A stretch of DNA of 19,155 bases. Origin: Bdellovibrionales bacterium (lineage in GTDB: Bacteria; Bdellovibrionota; Bdellovibrionia; Bdellovibrionales; UBA840). Numbering within the stretch: position 1 is the stretch's first letter; each line of letters opens with the position of its first letter. The notes under the pieces were generated by a model. That model saw only the letters and a list, made by a program, of their open reading frames with translations, was not told the DNA's origin and searched no databases. Position numbers and translations under genes: made by a program. The DNA is taken from contig JBBKWS010000004.1 in the NCBI GenBank assembly GCA_037969075.1, positions 1-19,155 of the forward strand. The letters run 5' to 3'. Below are positions 7,318 to 15,516 of this stretch, piece by piece.

Positions 7318-9966
7318 TTATAATGCCTCCGTAATAGTATTTGGGAGATTGTCTAATGTGCTAATTCCGCCTTGCGCAAAATCAGGTCTGCCTCCACCTT
7401 TACCACCAAGTTTAGTGGTAATAGATTTTAAAATTGCACCCGCATTAGCTGTAGCGACAGCATCTTTAGTTACACAAACAAGAATAGGGAAATTTTCGGC
7501 ACTTCTTCCTGTTACGATCACCACACCTGACTGCAAATGATCACGCAATCGTTCGGTCACCTCGGTTAATAGTTTTCTATCATCAATATCTAAGTGATAG
7601 TACGCTACTTTTTTACCTGAGATCGTTTTTGCACTGGCTGTAATTTCTGAATATGGAATTTGTTGCAGCTGCAGAGTTTTAAAATCTTTCTCTAGCTGCT
7701 TAATATGATCACGCAATCTATCAATTGCCTGCGAGGATTCCTCTAAGGCATTTGATTTTTCTACGTAATTACTCCAACTTTCTTTAATACCTAACTCGCG
7801 CCTGATGTGTTGATTCTCTTTTGTGTTCTTTAACAAGTAAGCACACGCGCTATCGCTGGTAAGCGCCTCTAGTCGTCTTACACCTGCACTTACACCAGTT
7901 TCAGATACAACTTTAAATACACGAATTTGCGCTGTGTTCTCAACATGAGTCCCTCCACAGAGTTCTGTAGAAAAATCTCCCATTTGGATAACCCTAACAT
8001 CGCTTTCGTATTTTTCGCCAAACAGTGCGATAGCACCGTCCGCTATAGCCTGCTTATACGATTTTTCTGAAGAGCCTACCGTTCTGGCGTTTGCAATTTC
8101 ACGATTGACTAAAATTTCTACCTGTTCAGCTTCTTGCGGGCTCAAAGGCTTGTTGTGAGTAAAATCAAAACGCAGGCGATCAGGCTCTACCAAAGATCCG
8201 GCCTGCGTCACATGCGGGCCCAAAACTTTTCTTAGAGCAGAGTGTAACAAGTGAGTGGCCGAATGATTGGCCGCTGTTAATCTTCTAAGCGATGCCTCTA
8301 CACTCATTGAAACTGTAGATCCAGCTTGAACAGCACCCTCTGTAACCGTTACTTGTAAAATGTGAGATTTTTCAATTTTCAAAGTATTTGTAACTACAGC
8401 ACTTAGGCCTTTAGATTCTACAGTTCCCGTGTCCCCTACTTGCCCACCACTTTCTCCGTAAAAACTGGTTGCATCCACAAATAAAAATCCGCTCTGACCT
8501 TTTTTTAATTCTTTCAATTCTTTTTTTCCATCAGAAATAGTAAGAATTTTTCCTTCGCAATTTGTTGATGTGTAGCCTAAAAACTTTGTAGCCCCAGATT
8601 GATGGGCCAAACCCAGCAAGTGAGCTGCATCAGACGAAATGGTTGACCCCTTCCAAGTTTTACGGGCAATTTCTCGAGCATCATTCATACAGGCCTCAAA
8701 ACCTGTTTCATCAATACCAATATCTTGTTCTTTTGCAATCAATGCAGTTAAATCAGCCGGAAAGCCATAAGTATCATAAAGCTTAAAAACAACCGAGCCT
8801 GGTAAAATTTTACCTTGCTGCTTTTTAACTCCATTTAACTCTGTTTGCAGTAGCTGCGTGCCCTGATCTAAGGTTTTCAAGAATCTTTCTTCTTCATTCT
8901 CTACAGTGTGTATAACTAAATCTAGTTGCTTAGTGAGCTCAGGGTACGCTTCACCCATTTTGGTAACAACTTCTTTACATAGTCTTGGCAGTAGGGATTC
9001 ATGAGAAAGTTTACGGCCATATCTAATCGCCCGGCGTATAATCCTCCTAAGAACATATCCGCGACCTTCATTTGAAGGTAAAATTCCATCAGAAATTAAA
9101 AAAGTAACACATCTTGCATGATCCGACAGAACACGCATCGCCGTCAGTGCCGTTTGATCTTTTTTACTATCAACTTTTGTCCACGCCTCTAACGCTTTTA
9201 TATAATCTAAAAATAAATCTGACTCGTAATTATTATTAGTTCCTTGCATCGCGGCCACAATTCTCTCTAAGCCTGCACCAGTATCTACGGATGGTTTTGG
9301 TAGAGGCGTTAATGTGCCTTTTGGCTCTTCATAGAATTGCATAAATACCAAATTCCAAATTTCAATATAACGATCTTCATCACAGCCTTTTATAAAATCT
9401 TCCTTAGATTTACTTTCACCTTTTTCAGGAAAGTGATCATAGAAAATTTCAGTACACGGTCCGCATGGCCCCGTATCGCCCATTCTCCAGAAATTATCAT
9501 TTTCATCAAAACGGTATATACGAGCCTTCGCTACACCCTCTTGCTTGTGCCAGATCTCTTCTGCTTCATCATCTTCTCTAAAAACAGTGACATATAGACG
9601 CTCTTTTGGAATTTTTAATTCTTTCGTTAAAAACTCCCAAGCAAAATGTATCGCTTCTTTTTTAAAGTAGTCACCAAAAGAAAAATTTCCTAGCATTTCA
9701 AAAAATGTATGATGTCTTGCCGTATAACCTACGTTTTCTAAATCGTTATGCTTGCCACCTGCACGTACACATTTCTGCGAACTAGTAGCCCGAGAGTATG
9801 GACGTTTATCTGCACCTAAAAATACATTTTTAAATTGAAACATACCAGCATTAGGAAAAGTAACCGTCGAATCCCCTTCTGGAATCAAAGAACTACTAGA
9901 TACTATAGTATGTTTATTCTTTTCAAAAAATTCTAAAAATTTATTTCGTACGTCACGAGATTTCAT
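7318..9966 (-). CDS. alaS: Alanine--tRNA ligase
   Basis: NAGM, QKCVRAGGKHNDL, RHHTFFEMLGNFSFGDYFK, GPCGPC, EIWNLVFMQ, DTGAGLER, editing domain HSATH...ELCGGTH, C-Ala GGKGGG; 882 aa. Confidence 0.99.
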   Translation of the reverse strand: MKSRDVRNKFLEFFEKNKHTIVSSSSLIPEGDSTVTFPNAGMFQFKNVFLGADKRPYSRATSSQKCVRAGGKHNDLENVGYTARHHTFFEMLGNFSFGDYFKKEAIHFAWEFLTKELKIPKERLYVTVFREDDEAEEIWHKQEGVAKARIYRFDENDNFWRMGDTGPCGPCTEIFYDHFPEKGESKSKEDFIKGCDEDRYIEIWNLVFMQFYEEPKGTLTPLPKPSVDTGAGLERIVAAMQGTNNNYESDLFLDYIKALEAWTKVDSKKDQTALTAMRVLSDHARCVTFLISDGILPSNEGRGYVLRRIIRRAIRYGRKLSHESLLPRLCKEVVTKMGEAYPELTKQLDLVIHTVENEEERFLKTLDQGTQLLQTELNGVKKQQGKILPGSVVFKLYDTYGFPADLTALIAKEQDIGIDETGFEACMNDAREIARKTWKGSTISSDAAHLLGLAHQSGATKFLGYTSTNCEGKILTISDGKKELKELKKGQSGFLFVDATSFYGESGGQVGDTGTVESKGLSAVVTNTLKIEKSHILQVTVTEGAVQAGSTVSMSVEASLRRLTAANHSATHLLHSALRKVLGPHVTQAGSLVEPDRLRFDFTHNKPLSPQEAEQVEILVNREIANARTVGSSEKSYKQAIADGAIALFGEKYESDVRVIQMGDFSTELCGGTHVENTAQIRVFKVVSETGVSAGVRRLEALTSDSACAYLLKNTKENQHIRRELGIKESWSNYVEKSNALEESSQAIDRLRDHIKQLEKDFKTLQLQQIPYSEITASAKTISGKKVAYYHLDIDDRKLLTEVTERLRDHLQSGVVIVTGRSAENFPILVCVTKDAVATANAGAILKSITTKLGGKGGGRPDFAQGGISTLDNLPNTITEAL

Positions 9967-10384
9967 GGTGTATTACCTTTCTAATCGAAGCTTCATCGTA
10001 GGATCGATTTTGTAAAAACTGAAGAATTTTTTGTTTCTGCTCATAGGAAAATGGAGCCTGCCACTTTAAACGCTTAGAAACTAGCTCTAAGGCTTTTGCA
10101 ATTTCTTGCTCATCATTAGATTTGGTAGTGGGAAGCTTCAATTTTTTCAAATACGCGTCTATGTAGCATATTGATTTTCCCTTTTGATGCAATCCCTTAG
10201 CAACTTTTTCTGCCAGCTCTTCTGGTGGTAAAAGCCAACCCCGATCAAATGCCACTGCCAATGCCTCTGCAATTTCCGCAGTGTCATACTCAGCACGCTT
10301 TAGGCGTTGCTCCAACTCAAAAGCACTATAGTCTCTACGAGTTAAATAGGCTTCAATTTTATCTAAAGCAGATAACTTTGGCAT
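9953..10384 (-). CDS. recX: Regulatory protein RecX
   Basis: YLTRRDYSAFELEQRL N-terminal repeat, C-terminal KILQFLQNRSY, 143 aa, canonical position upstream of alaS (14-nt overlap). Confidence 0.85.
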   Translation of the reverse strand: MPKLSALDKIEAYLTRRDYSAFELEQRLKRAEYDTAEIAEALAVAFDRGWLLPPEELAEKVAKGLHQKGKSICYIDAYLKKLKLPTTKSNDEQEIAKALELVSKRLKWQAPFSYEQKQKILQFLQNRSYDEASIRKVIHHEIS

Positions 10385-10419
10385 GCTGTCTTTTTAGACG
10401 GTTTTTGGTGATTTGTATA

Positions 10420-11634
10420 TTAGATTTTCTTTTTACGATGCAGCTTAATAGAAGGGTCATTCTCTTCTTTTCTTAATACGGTTTCGAGCTGCATTTTATG
10501 CAAGGTCGCCTCTTCTTTGACAGCAATATCATCGCCAGCACGTAGATCATTTCTGGATAGAGAGTAAATACCTTGTAGTTTCAACTCAAAATCTCCTGGA
10601 GCGCTTGAGGCTTTTAATGCTTCTGTTTGATCAATAAGCCCTTCTTTTAACAACATGGCTAAAGATTGATCAAACGACTGCATACCATACGAAATATGAC
10701 TCTCTTCGATAGCTACAGTAATCTCTTTTAGTCTTTCTAACTGCATGATGTATTCTGACACGCGGCCATTATTTATCATTATCTCAACCGCAGGCACAAA
10801 TCCGCTACCATCTTTTCTTGATAATAACCTTTGGCTAACAATTCCCTTGAGACATGTAGTTAATTGCAACTGAATCTGTGGATGTTGATACGGCTGAAAA
10901 TAACTAAGAATTCTTAAAATAGCTTCTTTCGTATCTAGAGTATGAAGTGTTGAAAGCACTAAATGTCCGGTTTCTGCAGCCATCATAGCAGTTTGAATGG
11001 TTTCTGCATCCCTAAGTTCCCCAATTAAAATTACATCCGGATCTTGTCGTAAGCTCGCTCGTAAGGCCGCTTGAAAGCCAGCTGTATCAACACCCACTTC
11101 TCTTTGGGTAATAACACTTTTATGATCTGGTATTAAATATTCGATAGGGTCTTCTATGGTTATAATATGTTTTTGATATTTTTTATTAATTGTATTTACA
11201 AAGGCTGCCAATGAAGTTGATTTCCCCGAACCTGTTTCGCCAGTAAATAAAATAAGGCCACGATCTAAATCCGTTAATTTTTCTATAGTTGGAGGTAAAC
11301 AAAGCTCACCTAAAGATGGAATATGATAGGGAATATTTCTAATGACTAACGCGATCGACCCACGCTGCTGAAATAGATTCGCCCGAAAACGTCCTAATTT
11401 AGATACGCTATATGCTACATCAACTTCTTTGTTCTGATGAAGCTCTTCAAGCGTTTTCTCATTCAGCAGTTGCGTACATACTTCCTCAACAAATTCTTTT
11501 GTGATTGGATCGGCTCCAGGATAGATTAAGCGTAAGTTTCCATGTACACGCACCATAGGTGGTATACCAACTTTTAAGTGCACATCACTCGCTTTTTGGC
11601 GAACAGCTTCTGTTAGTATTTGAATCAACTTCAC
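10420..11634 (-). CDS. pilT: PilT/PilU-family type IV pilus retraction ATPase
   Basis: ASDVHL, GRFRANLF, Walker A GETGSGKST, TIEDPIE, LRQDPDVILIGELRD, His box AAETGHLVLSTLHT, GMQSFDQSL; GTG start. Confidence 0.92.
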   Translation of the reverse strand: MKLIQILTEAVRQKASDVHLKVGIPPMVRVHGNLRLIYPGADPITKEFVEEVCTQLLNEKTLEELHQNKEVDVAYSVSKLGRFRANLFQQRGSIALVIRNIPYHIPSLGELCLPPTIEKLTDLDRGLILFTGETGSGKSTSLAAFVNTINKKYQKHIITIEDPIEYLIPDHKSVITQREVGVDTAGFQAALRASLRQDPDVILIGELRDAETIQTAMMAAETGHLVLSTLHTLDTKEAILRILSYFQPYQHPQIQLQLTTCLKGIVSQRLLSRKDGSGFVPAVEIMINNGRVSEYIMQLERLKEITVAIEESHISYGMQSFDQSLAMLLKEGLIDQTEALKASSAPGDFELKLQGIYSLSRNDLRAGDDIAVKEEATLHKMQLETVLRKEENDPSIKLHRKKKI

Positions 11635-11640
11635 ACATTT

Positions 11641-11646
11641 ATTATA
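11641..11646 (-). promoter_or_regulatory. Consensus -10 box (TATAAT) 6 nt before the pilT GTG start
   Basis: Minus strand reads TATAAT-AAATGT-GTG; no SD; -35 is weak. Confidence 0.5.
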
Positions 11647-11706
11647 GAGGAGATAAGGATAACTATAACGGTTTTTTTAACGACTTCATTGTCAAACTAG
11701 ATATTT

Positions 11707-11738
11707 GTCATACATACTGGGCTAGAGGTGTGTATGAC
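11707..11738 (+). promoter_or_regulatory. Inverted repeat overlapping the crcB RBS and start
   Basis: GTCATACATAC (11707-11717) / GTGTGTATGAC (11728-11738): 11-bp stem with one G-U pair, 10-nt loop. Confidence 0.45.
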
Positions 11739-12093
11739 TTTTATTTACGTATTAATTGGCGGCGGATTAGGGGCTTTATCCAGATTTAGTCTGGGAAAAA
11801 TTTTCCCCCATACCTTTGCTGGCATACAGCTCTCTACACTTTTAGTGAATATGCTAGGGTGCTTTGTGGCAGGACTTTTACTACACTACTCGCAGAGCTT
11901 TGAATCTAAAGCACTTTGGGTCATCGGCTTCTGTGGTGCCTTAACTACTTTCTCAGCTTATATGATCGAGATGGCACAACTATTCGAAACAAAATCATTT
12001 ACAGCTCTGGCTTTATTGTGGTTTTTACACCATGGTTTATGTTTTGCACTTTTTTATATTGGGTATAAAAAGCTACCCCTTTTACTAGTTTAA
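11734..12093 (+). CDS. crcB: Fluoride efflux channel Fluc/CrcB
   Basis: GGGLGALSRF, TLLVNMLGCF, GFCGALTTFS; four hydrophobic segments; GAGG SD 5 nt before ATG 11734 (ORF track start GTG 11728). Confidence 0.93.
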   Translation: MTFIYVLIGGGLGALSRFSLGKIFPHTFAGIQLSTLLVNMLGCFVAGLLLHYSQSFESKALWVIGFCGALTTFSAYMIEMAQLFETKSFTALALLWFLHHGLCFALFYIGYKKLPLLLV

Positions 12094-12101
12094 TAAGTTG
12101 C

Positions 12102-12130
12102 TTGATGCACCATTAAATCCCCACTAGAAT
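12102..12130 (+). promoter_or_regulatory. Putative sigma70 promoter (near-leaderless)
   Basis: TTGATG, 17 nt, TAGAAT, then 8 nt to ATG 12139; no SD. Confidence 0.6.
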
Positions 12131-12138
12131 AATTTTAT

Positions 12139-13038
12139 ATGTCTAATGATGTGAAACAGCTCGAAAATCAAATAATGGATCTGCAAAAACAACTGCAGGA
12201 GAAAAGTTCACTTGTATTAATCTACAAAGAAGAAATTGGACGTATGAATGCTAAGCTCGAAAAACTCATCGAAAGAGTCCAGCATGAGTTAAAAATCGGA
12301 AATAAAATTCACGAACTTTTGGTTCCCACTGAAATTCCGCACATTCCTGGTTATGATTTTAGTTCAAAATTTAAAGCCTCTTCTATCTCAGGAGGGGATT
12401 ATTTTGAAATTATTCCACATGAAGATAAATACAAATTCGCTATCTTGATGGCTAGTAGCTCTGGCTACAGCATGTCAGCGCTATTTTTATCTGTGCTACT
12501 TAAACTCACCGGAAAAATTGCTACCAAAAAAGGTTTAAGCCCCACTGATTTTATTAAAAAAGTGTATGAAGATATTAATCCCGCGCAGAGAGAACAGGAT
12601 GACGCCAGCTTATTTTATGCGGTTGTTGATCGTAAAAAAAATGAGATGAAATATGCTGCGTGCGGAGATTTTTATGCTGCTCATTTTGATAGTAGGACTT
12701 TAGATGTAAAGGACTTAGGTATATCTTGCGCTAGATTGCAAAAATCCACTAAAAAAATCTCACCCACCACTGGCACTATTTTATTTCACCCCGAAGATCG
12801 TTTTGTATTGGCATCAACTGGGTTTATTGAGCAGACCAATGAAAATTCTGAGGTCTTTGGAGCTAGCAGGCTTACGGAGATCTTTAAGAACAAGTACAAA
12901 TTACAAACCCACGAGCTACGCAATGAATTTTTTGTAGAACTAGAGTCTTTTTGCAACCGCGTTCCCCCACAACGTGACTGGACGCTTCTGCTTGTGGATG
13001 TCAAAACCAATTTAGTGCAACTCTCCATTAAAGAATAA
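12139..13038 (+). CDS. Coiled-coil plus SpoIIE/RsbU-type PP2C domain protein (degenerate active site)
   Basis: N-terminal heptad-rich helix; IHELLVP, SGGDYF, SLFYAVVD, EVFG..RL, DWTLL match the SpoIIE layout. Confidence 0.85.
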   Translation: MSNDVKQLENQIMDLQKQLQEKSSLVLIYKEEIGRMNAKLEKLIERVQHELKIGNKIHELLVPTEIPHIPGYDFSSKFKASSISGGDYFEIIPHEDKYKFAILMASSSGYSMSALFLSVLLKLTGKIATKKGLSPTDFIKKVYEDINPAQREQDDASLFYAVVDRKKNEMKYAACGDFYAAHFDSRTLDVKDLGISCARLQKSTKKISPTTGTILFHPEDRFVLASTGFIEQTNENSEVFGASRLTEIFKNKYKLQTHELRNEFFVELESFCNRVPPQRDWTLLLVDVKTNLVQLSIKE

Positions 13039-13080
13039 AGACTTCTTGCTATTTATTTTTGATTGCTCAAAAATCATTTA

Positions 13081-13854
13081 ATGACTTGGATACATAAAAT
13101 AAAAAGAATTTCTAATGCTAGTGCTAGCGAGATAGTTGCTAATTTAAAAGCAATCAATATGTATCCACTTGGCTTAATACAAGATAATAAATCTGGCTAC
13201 AAACACCCAAGGCACTCAGTCAATCCACGCCCCATTTTGTTAGTTCACGGTATCGTACACAATCGCAGCGCTTTTCATAGTTTGAAAAGAAGACTACAAA
13301 AACAAGGGTGGCATAATATTTATACCATCAACTACACTACCAGCTATGGAAGCCTTGGCAGCATGGTAGGGCAACTATCAAAACGCGTGGATGAAGTCTT
13401 AAGGGTTACCAATGCTAAGCAAATTGATATAGTGGCCCATTCTCTGGGTGGCGTAGTGGCGAGATATTATATGTCTTTAGGCGAAGGACGCGGAAAGATA
13501 AAAGAACTAATCACCTTAGGCACACCCCATAATGGTACTATGCTAAGTCGAATCTTGAGTTTTCTGCCCGGTAGTTCTCTTGGTTGGGATTTAAGAGAAA
13601 ATTCTTATTTTCTTCGTATCATGAATGAAACAAGCCTTCCTAAAAGTAGCCGATTAACTAATATTTACTCTCCCCTAGATTGGACTGTCTGGCCAAAAAG
13701 CAATCTAACGGTAAAAGGCAGCCCCAAAGCTGCCTTTCAAAATATTTGTATTGATACTGTAGGACACACTGGTTTTTTATATAGTCAAAAAGTGTTTGAT
13801 ACGATCATTACCACACTAAGTGAAGACAGCTCAATAGTGAAGACTGCCACTTAG
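13081..13854 (+). CDS. Alpha/beta hydrolase, lipase/esterase (AHSxG type)
   Basis: PILLVHG, IDIVAHSLGG, ITLGTPH, YSPLDWTV, VGHTGFL; start either TTG 13063 or ATG 13081. Confidence 0.88.
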   Translation: MTWIHKIKRISNASASEIVANLKAINMYPLGLIQDNKSGYKHPRHSVNPRPILLVHGIVHNRSAFHSLKRRLQKQGWHNIYTINYTTSYGSLGSMVGQLSKRVDEVLRVTNAKQIDIVAHSLGGVVARYYMSLGEGRGKIKELITLGTPHNGTMLSRILSFLPGSSLGWDLRENSYFLRIMNETSLPKSSRLTNIYSPLDWTVWPKSNLTVKGSPKAAFQNICIDTVGHTGFLYSQKVFDTIITTLSEDSSIVKTAT

Positions 13855-13855
13855 C

Positions 13856-15181
13856 TTAGTCACCCCAAATTTGCTCTTTACCCTCTAACCACTCAGTTAC
13901 ATTTTTTGATGTTACTGATTTTGGACGTTCTAGTGGTAAACCTAAAGCACGTGACCAAACACCCGCCGCAAGAACTCCAAGTGCACGGCTTACACCAAAT
14001 AGTACAGTGTAATATTCAAATTCTTTCATGCCGTAATGAAGCAATAACGCTCCAGAATGTGCATCCACATTTGGCCAAGGGTTTTTAACTTTTCCCAAAC
14101 CTTGAAGAATTGGCGGTACAGTTTCAAAAATTTTCCAAACCGTATTTACCATTGGGTCATTAGGCATATGTTTTTTAGCGAACTCTTGTTGCGCGCTAAA
14201 TCTAGGATCTGTTTTACGTAAAACAGCATGGCCGTAACCAGGCACTACTTTACCGTCAGCCAAAGTCTTTTTAACATAATCAGCAATTTGATCACTTGTT
14301 GGAGTGTCAGTGCCAATTGATTTTTGCATTTCTAAAATCCATTTAATCACTTCTTGGTTAGCCAATCCATGTAGTGGACCAGCCAGGCCATTCATGCCCG
14401 CGGCGAAGCAAAGGTATGGATCACTAAGCGCCGACCCTACTAAATGCGTAGTATGGGCAGAGACGTTACCACCTTCATGATCAGAGTGAATGGTTAAATA
14501 CATTCGCATCAACTCAGCAAAACCTTCGCCTTCAAACCCTAACAGATGCGCAAAGTTAGCCCCCCAATCAAGATTTGGATTTGAATCAATTTTTTTACCG
14601 CCTTTATATTTACGGCGATATACGTAGGCAGCGATTTCTGGAAGACATGCAATCAAATCCATTGAATCTTCGTAAACATACGACCAATATTCTTTTTTAT
14701 TGATTCCTTCACCATATTTTTTTGAAAATTGTGACTGAGTTTGTAATGCCATCACGCCAACTACAAATTGTGTCATTGGGTGACTATCAACAGGTAGAGC
14801 ATCTAAGGTTTTATACACATGTGCTGGAATTTTATTTCTCTTAGCCCAATCTTTTGATAATTCAGCAACATCTGCCTCGGTGGGAAGCTCTCCCGTAAGA
14901 AGTAAATAAAACAATCCTTCTGGCAATGGCTCTGCTCCACCTTTTGCTTTAGGAAGTTTTTGCTGTAACTCAGGAATGGTAAATCCACGAAAACGAATTC
15001 CCTCATTTGCATCGAGTAATGATGTTTCGTAAACCATACCAGTAATTCCACGCATACCTTGAAAAATTTGCGAAAGCTGAACTTCCCCAATTTTCTTTGT
15101 ACCATTGGCTTTTAGCATTTCTTTATTTTGCGCGGCTAGTTGATCGGCTTTTTGCTTAAAGAGATTTTTTAATTTTTCCAT
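13856..15181 (-). CDS. gltA: Citrate (Si)-synthase, eukaryote/mitochondrial type
   Basis: [85 protein letters not shown]; likely start ATG 15181. Confidence 0.96.
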   Translation of the reverse strand: MEKLKNLFKQKADQLAAQNKEMLKANGTKKIGEVQLSQIFQGMRGITGMVYETSLLDANEGIRFRGFTIPELQQKLPKAKGGAEPLPEGLFYLLLTGELPTEADVAELSKDWAKRNKIPAHVYKTLDALPVDSHPMTQFVVGVMALQTQSQFSKKYGEGINKKEYWSYVYEDSMDLIACLPEIAAYVYRRKYKGGKKIDSNPNLDWGANFAHLLGFEGEGFAELMRMYLTIHSDHEGGNVSAHTTHLVGSALSDPYLCFAAGMNGLAGPLHGLANQEVIKWILEMQKSIGTDTPTSDQIADYVKKTLADGKVVPGYGHAVLRKTDPRFSAQQEFAKKHMPNDPMVNTVWKIFETVPPILQGLGKVKNPWPNVDAHSGALLLHYGMKEFEYYTVLFGVSRALGVLAAGVWSRALGLPLERPKSVTSKNVTEWLEGKEQIWGD

Positions 15182-15188
15182 AGATAGT

Positions 15189-15217
15189 AGTTTAAAATAA
15201 TTTGGGTATAGGCTCAA
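15189..15217 (-). promoter_or_regulatory. Putative sigma70 promoter of citrate synthase (leaderless geometry)
   Basis: Minus strand TTGAGC, 17 nt, TAAACT, 7 nt, ATG. Confidence 0.55.
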
Positions 15218-15463
15218 CAAAAAGGTCAAAAAAGGCCCGACTAGGTACTGATGCGCCTTTGCGTTATGCGAAGCTTGTCGCTATCACAGGCATGAAAAGT
15301 TTGACCTATATTATATTGGCCAGCTCAAAAATAAGTATCCAGCGTCTCATCTTGAGATTATTTAGGTCTAAAACCGAATACACAGCTAATCCTGCGCATT
15401 ATTTAAACTAGACTTGTGGTATAGGCGAACCTTTGAGAAAATGGTAGATGACAGGGTAAGCGG

Positions 15464-15469
15464 TATAAT
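15464..15469 (+). promoter_or_regulatory. Consensus -10 box upstream of the HNH locus
   Basis: TATAAT followed 6 nt later by ATG 15476; no good -35. Confidence 0.45.
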
Positions 15470-15516
15470 AGGGGGATGCCTTCCATACCGTAAATGACAA
15501 GAGCGAATTTAAAGCG

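Noticed and set aside
11660..11672. TAACTATAACGGT matches the first 13 nt of the 23S rRNA I-CeuI site
   Set aside because: The continuation (CCTAAGGTAGCGAA) is absent and there is no other rRNA-like sequence; likely chance
11647..11690. Possible fluoride riboswitch upstream of crcB (GGAGAT...AACGACTTC)
   Set aside because: P1 stem and pseudoknot pairing cannot be formed; only superficial similarity
15202..15411. 69-aa ORF in the gltA-HNH intergenic region
   Set aside because: TTG start without SD, overlaps the predicted gltA promoter, no motif; cannot be supported, though not excluded
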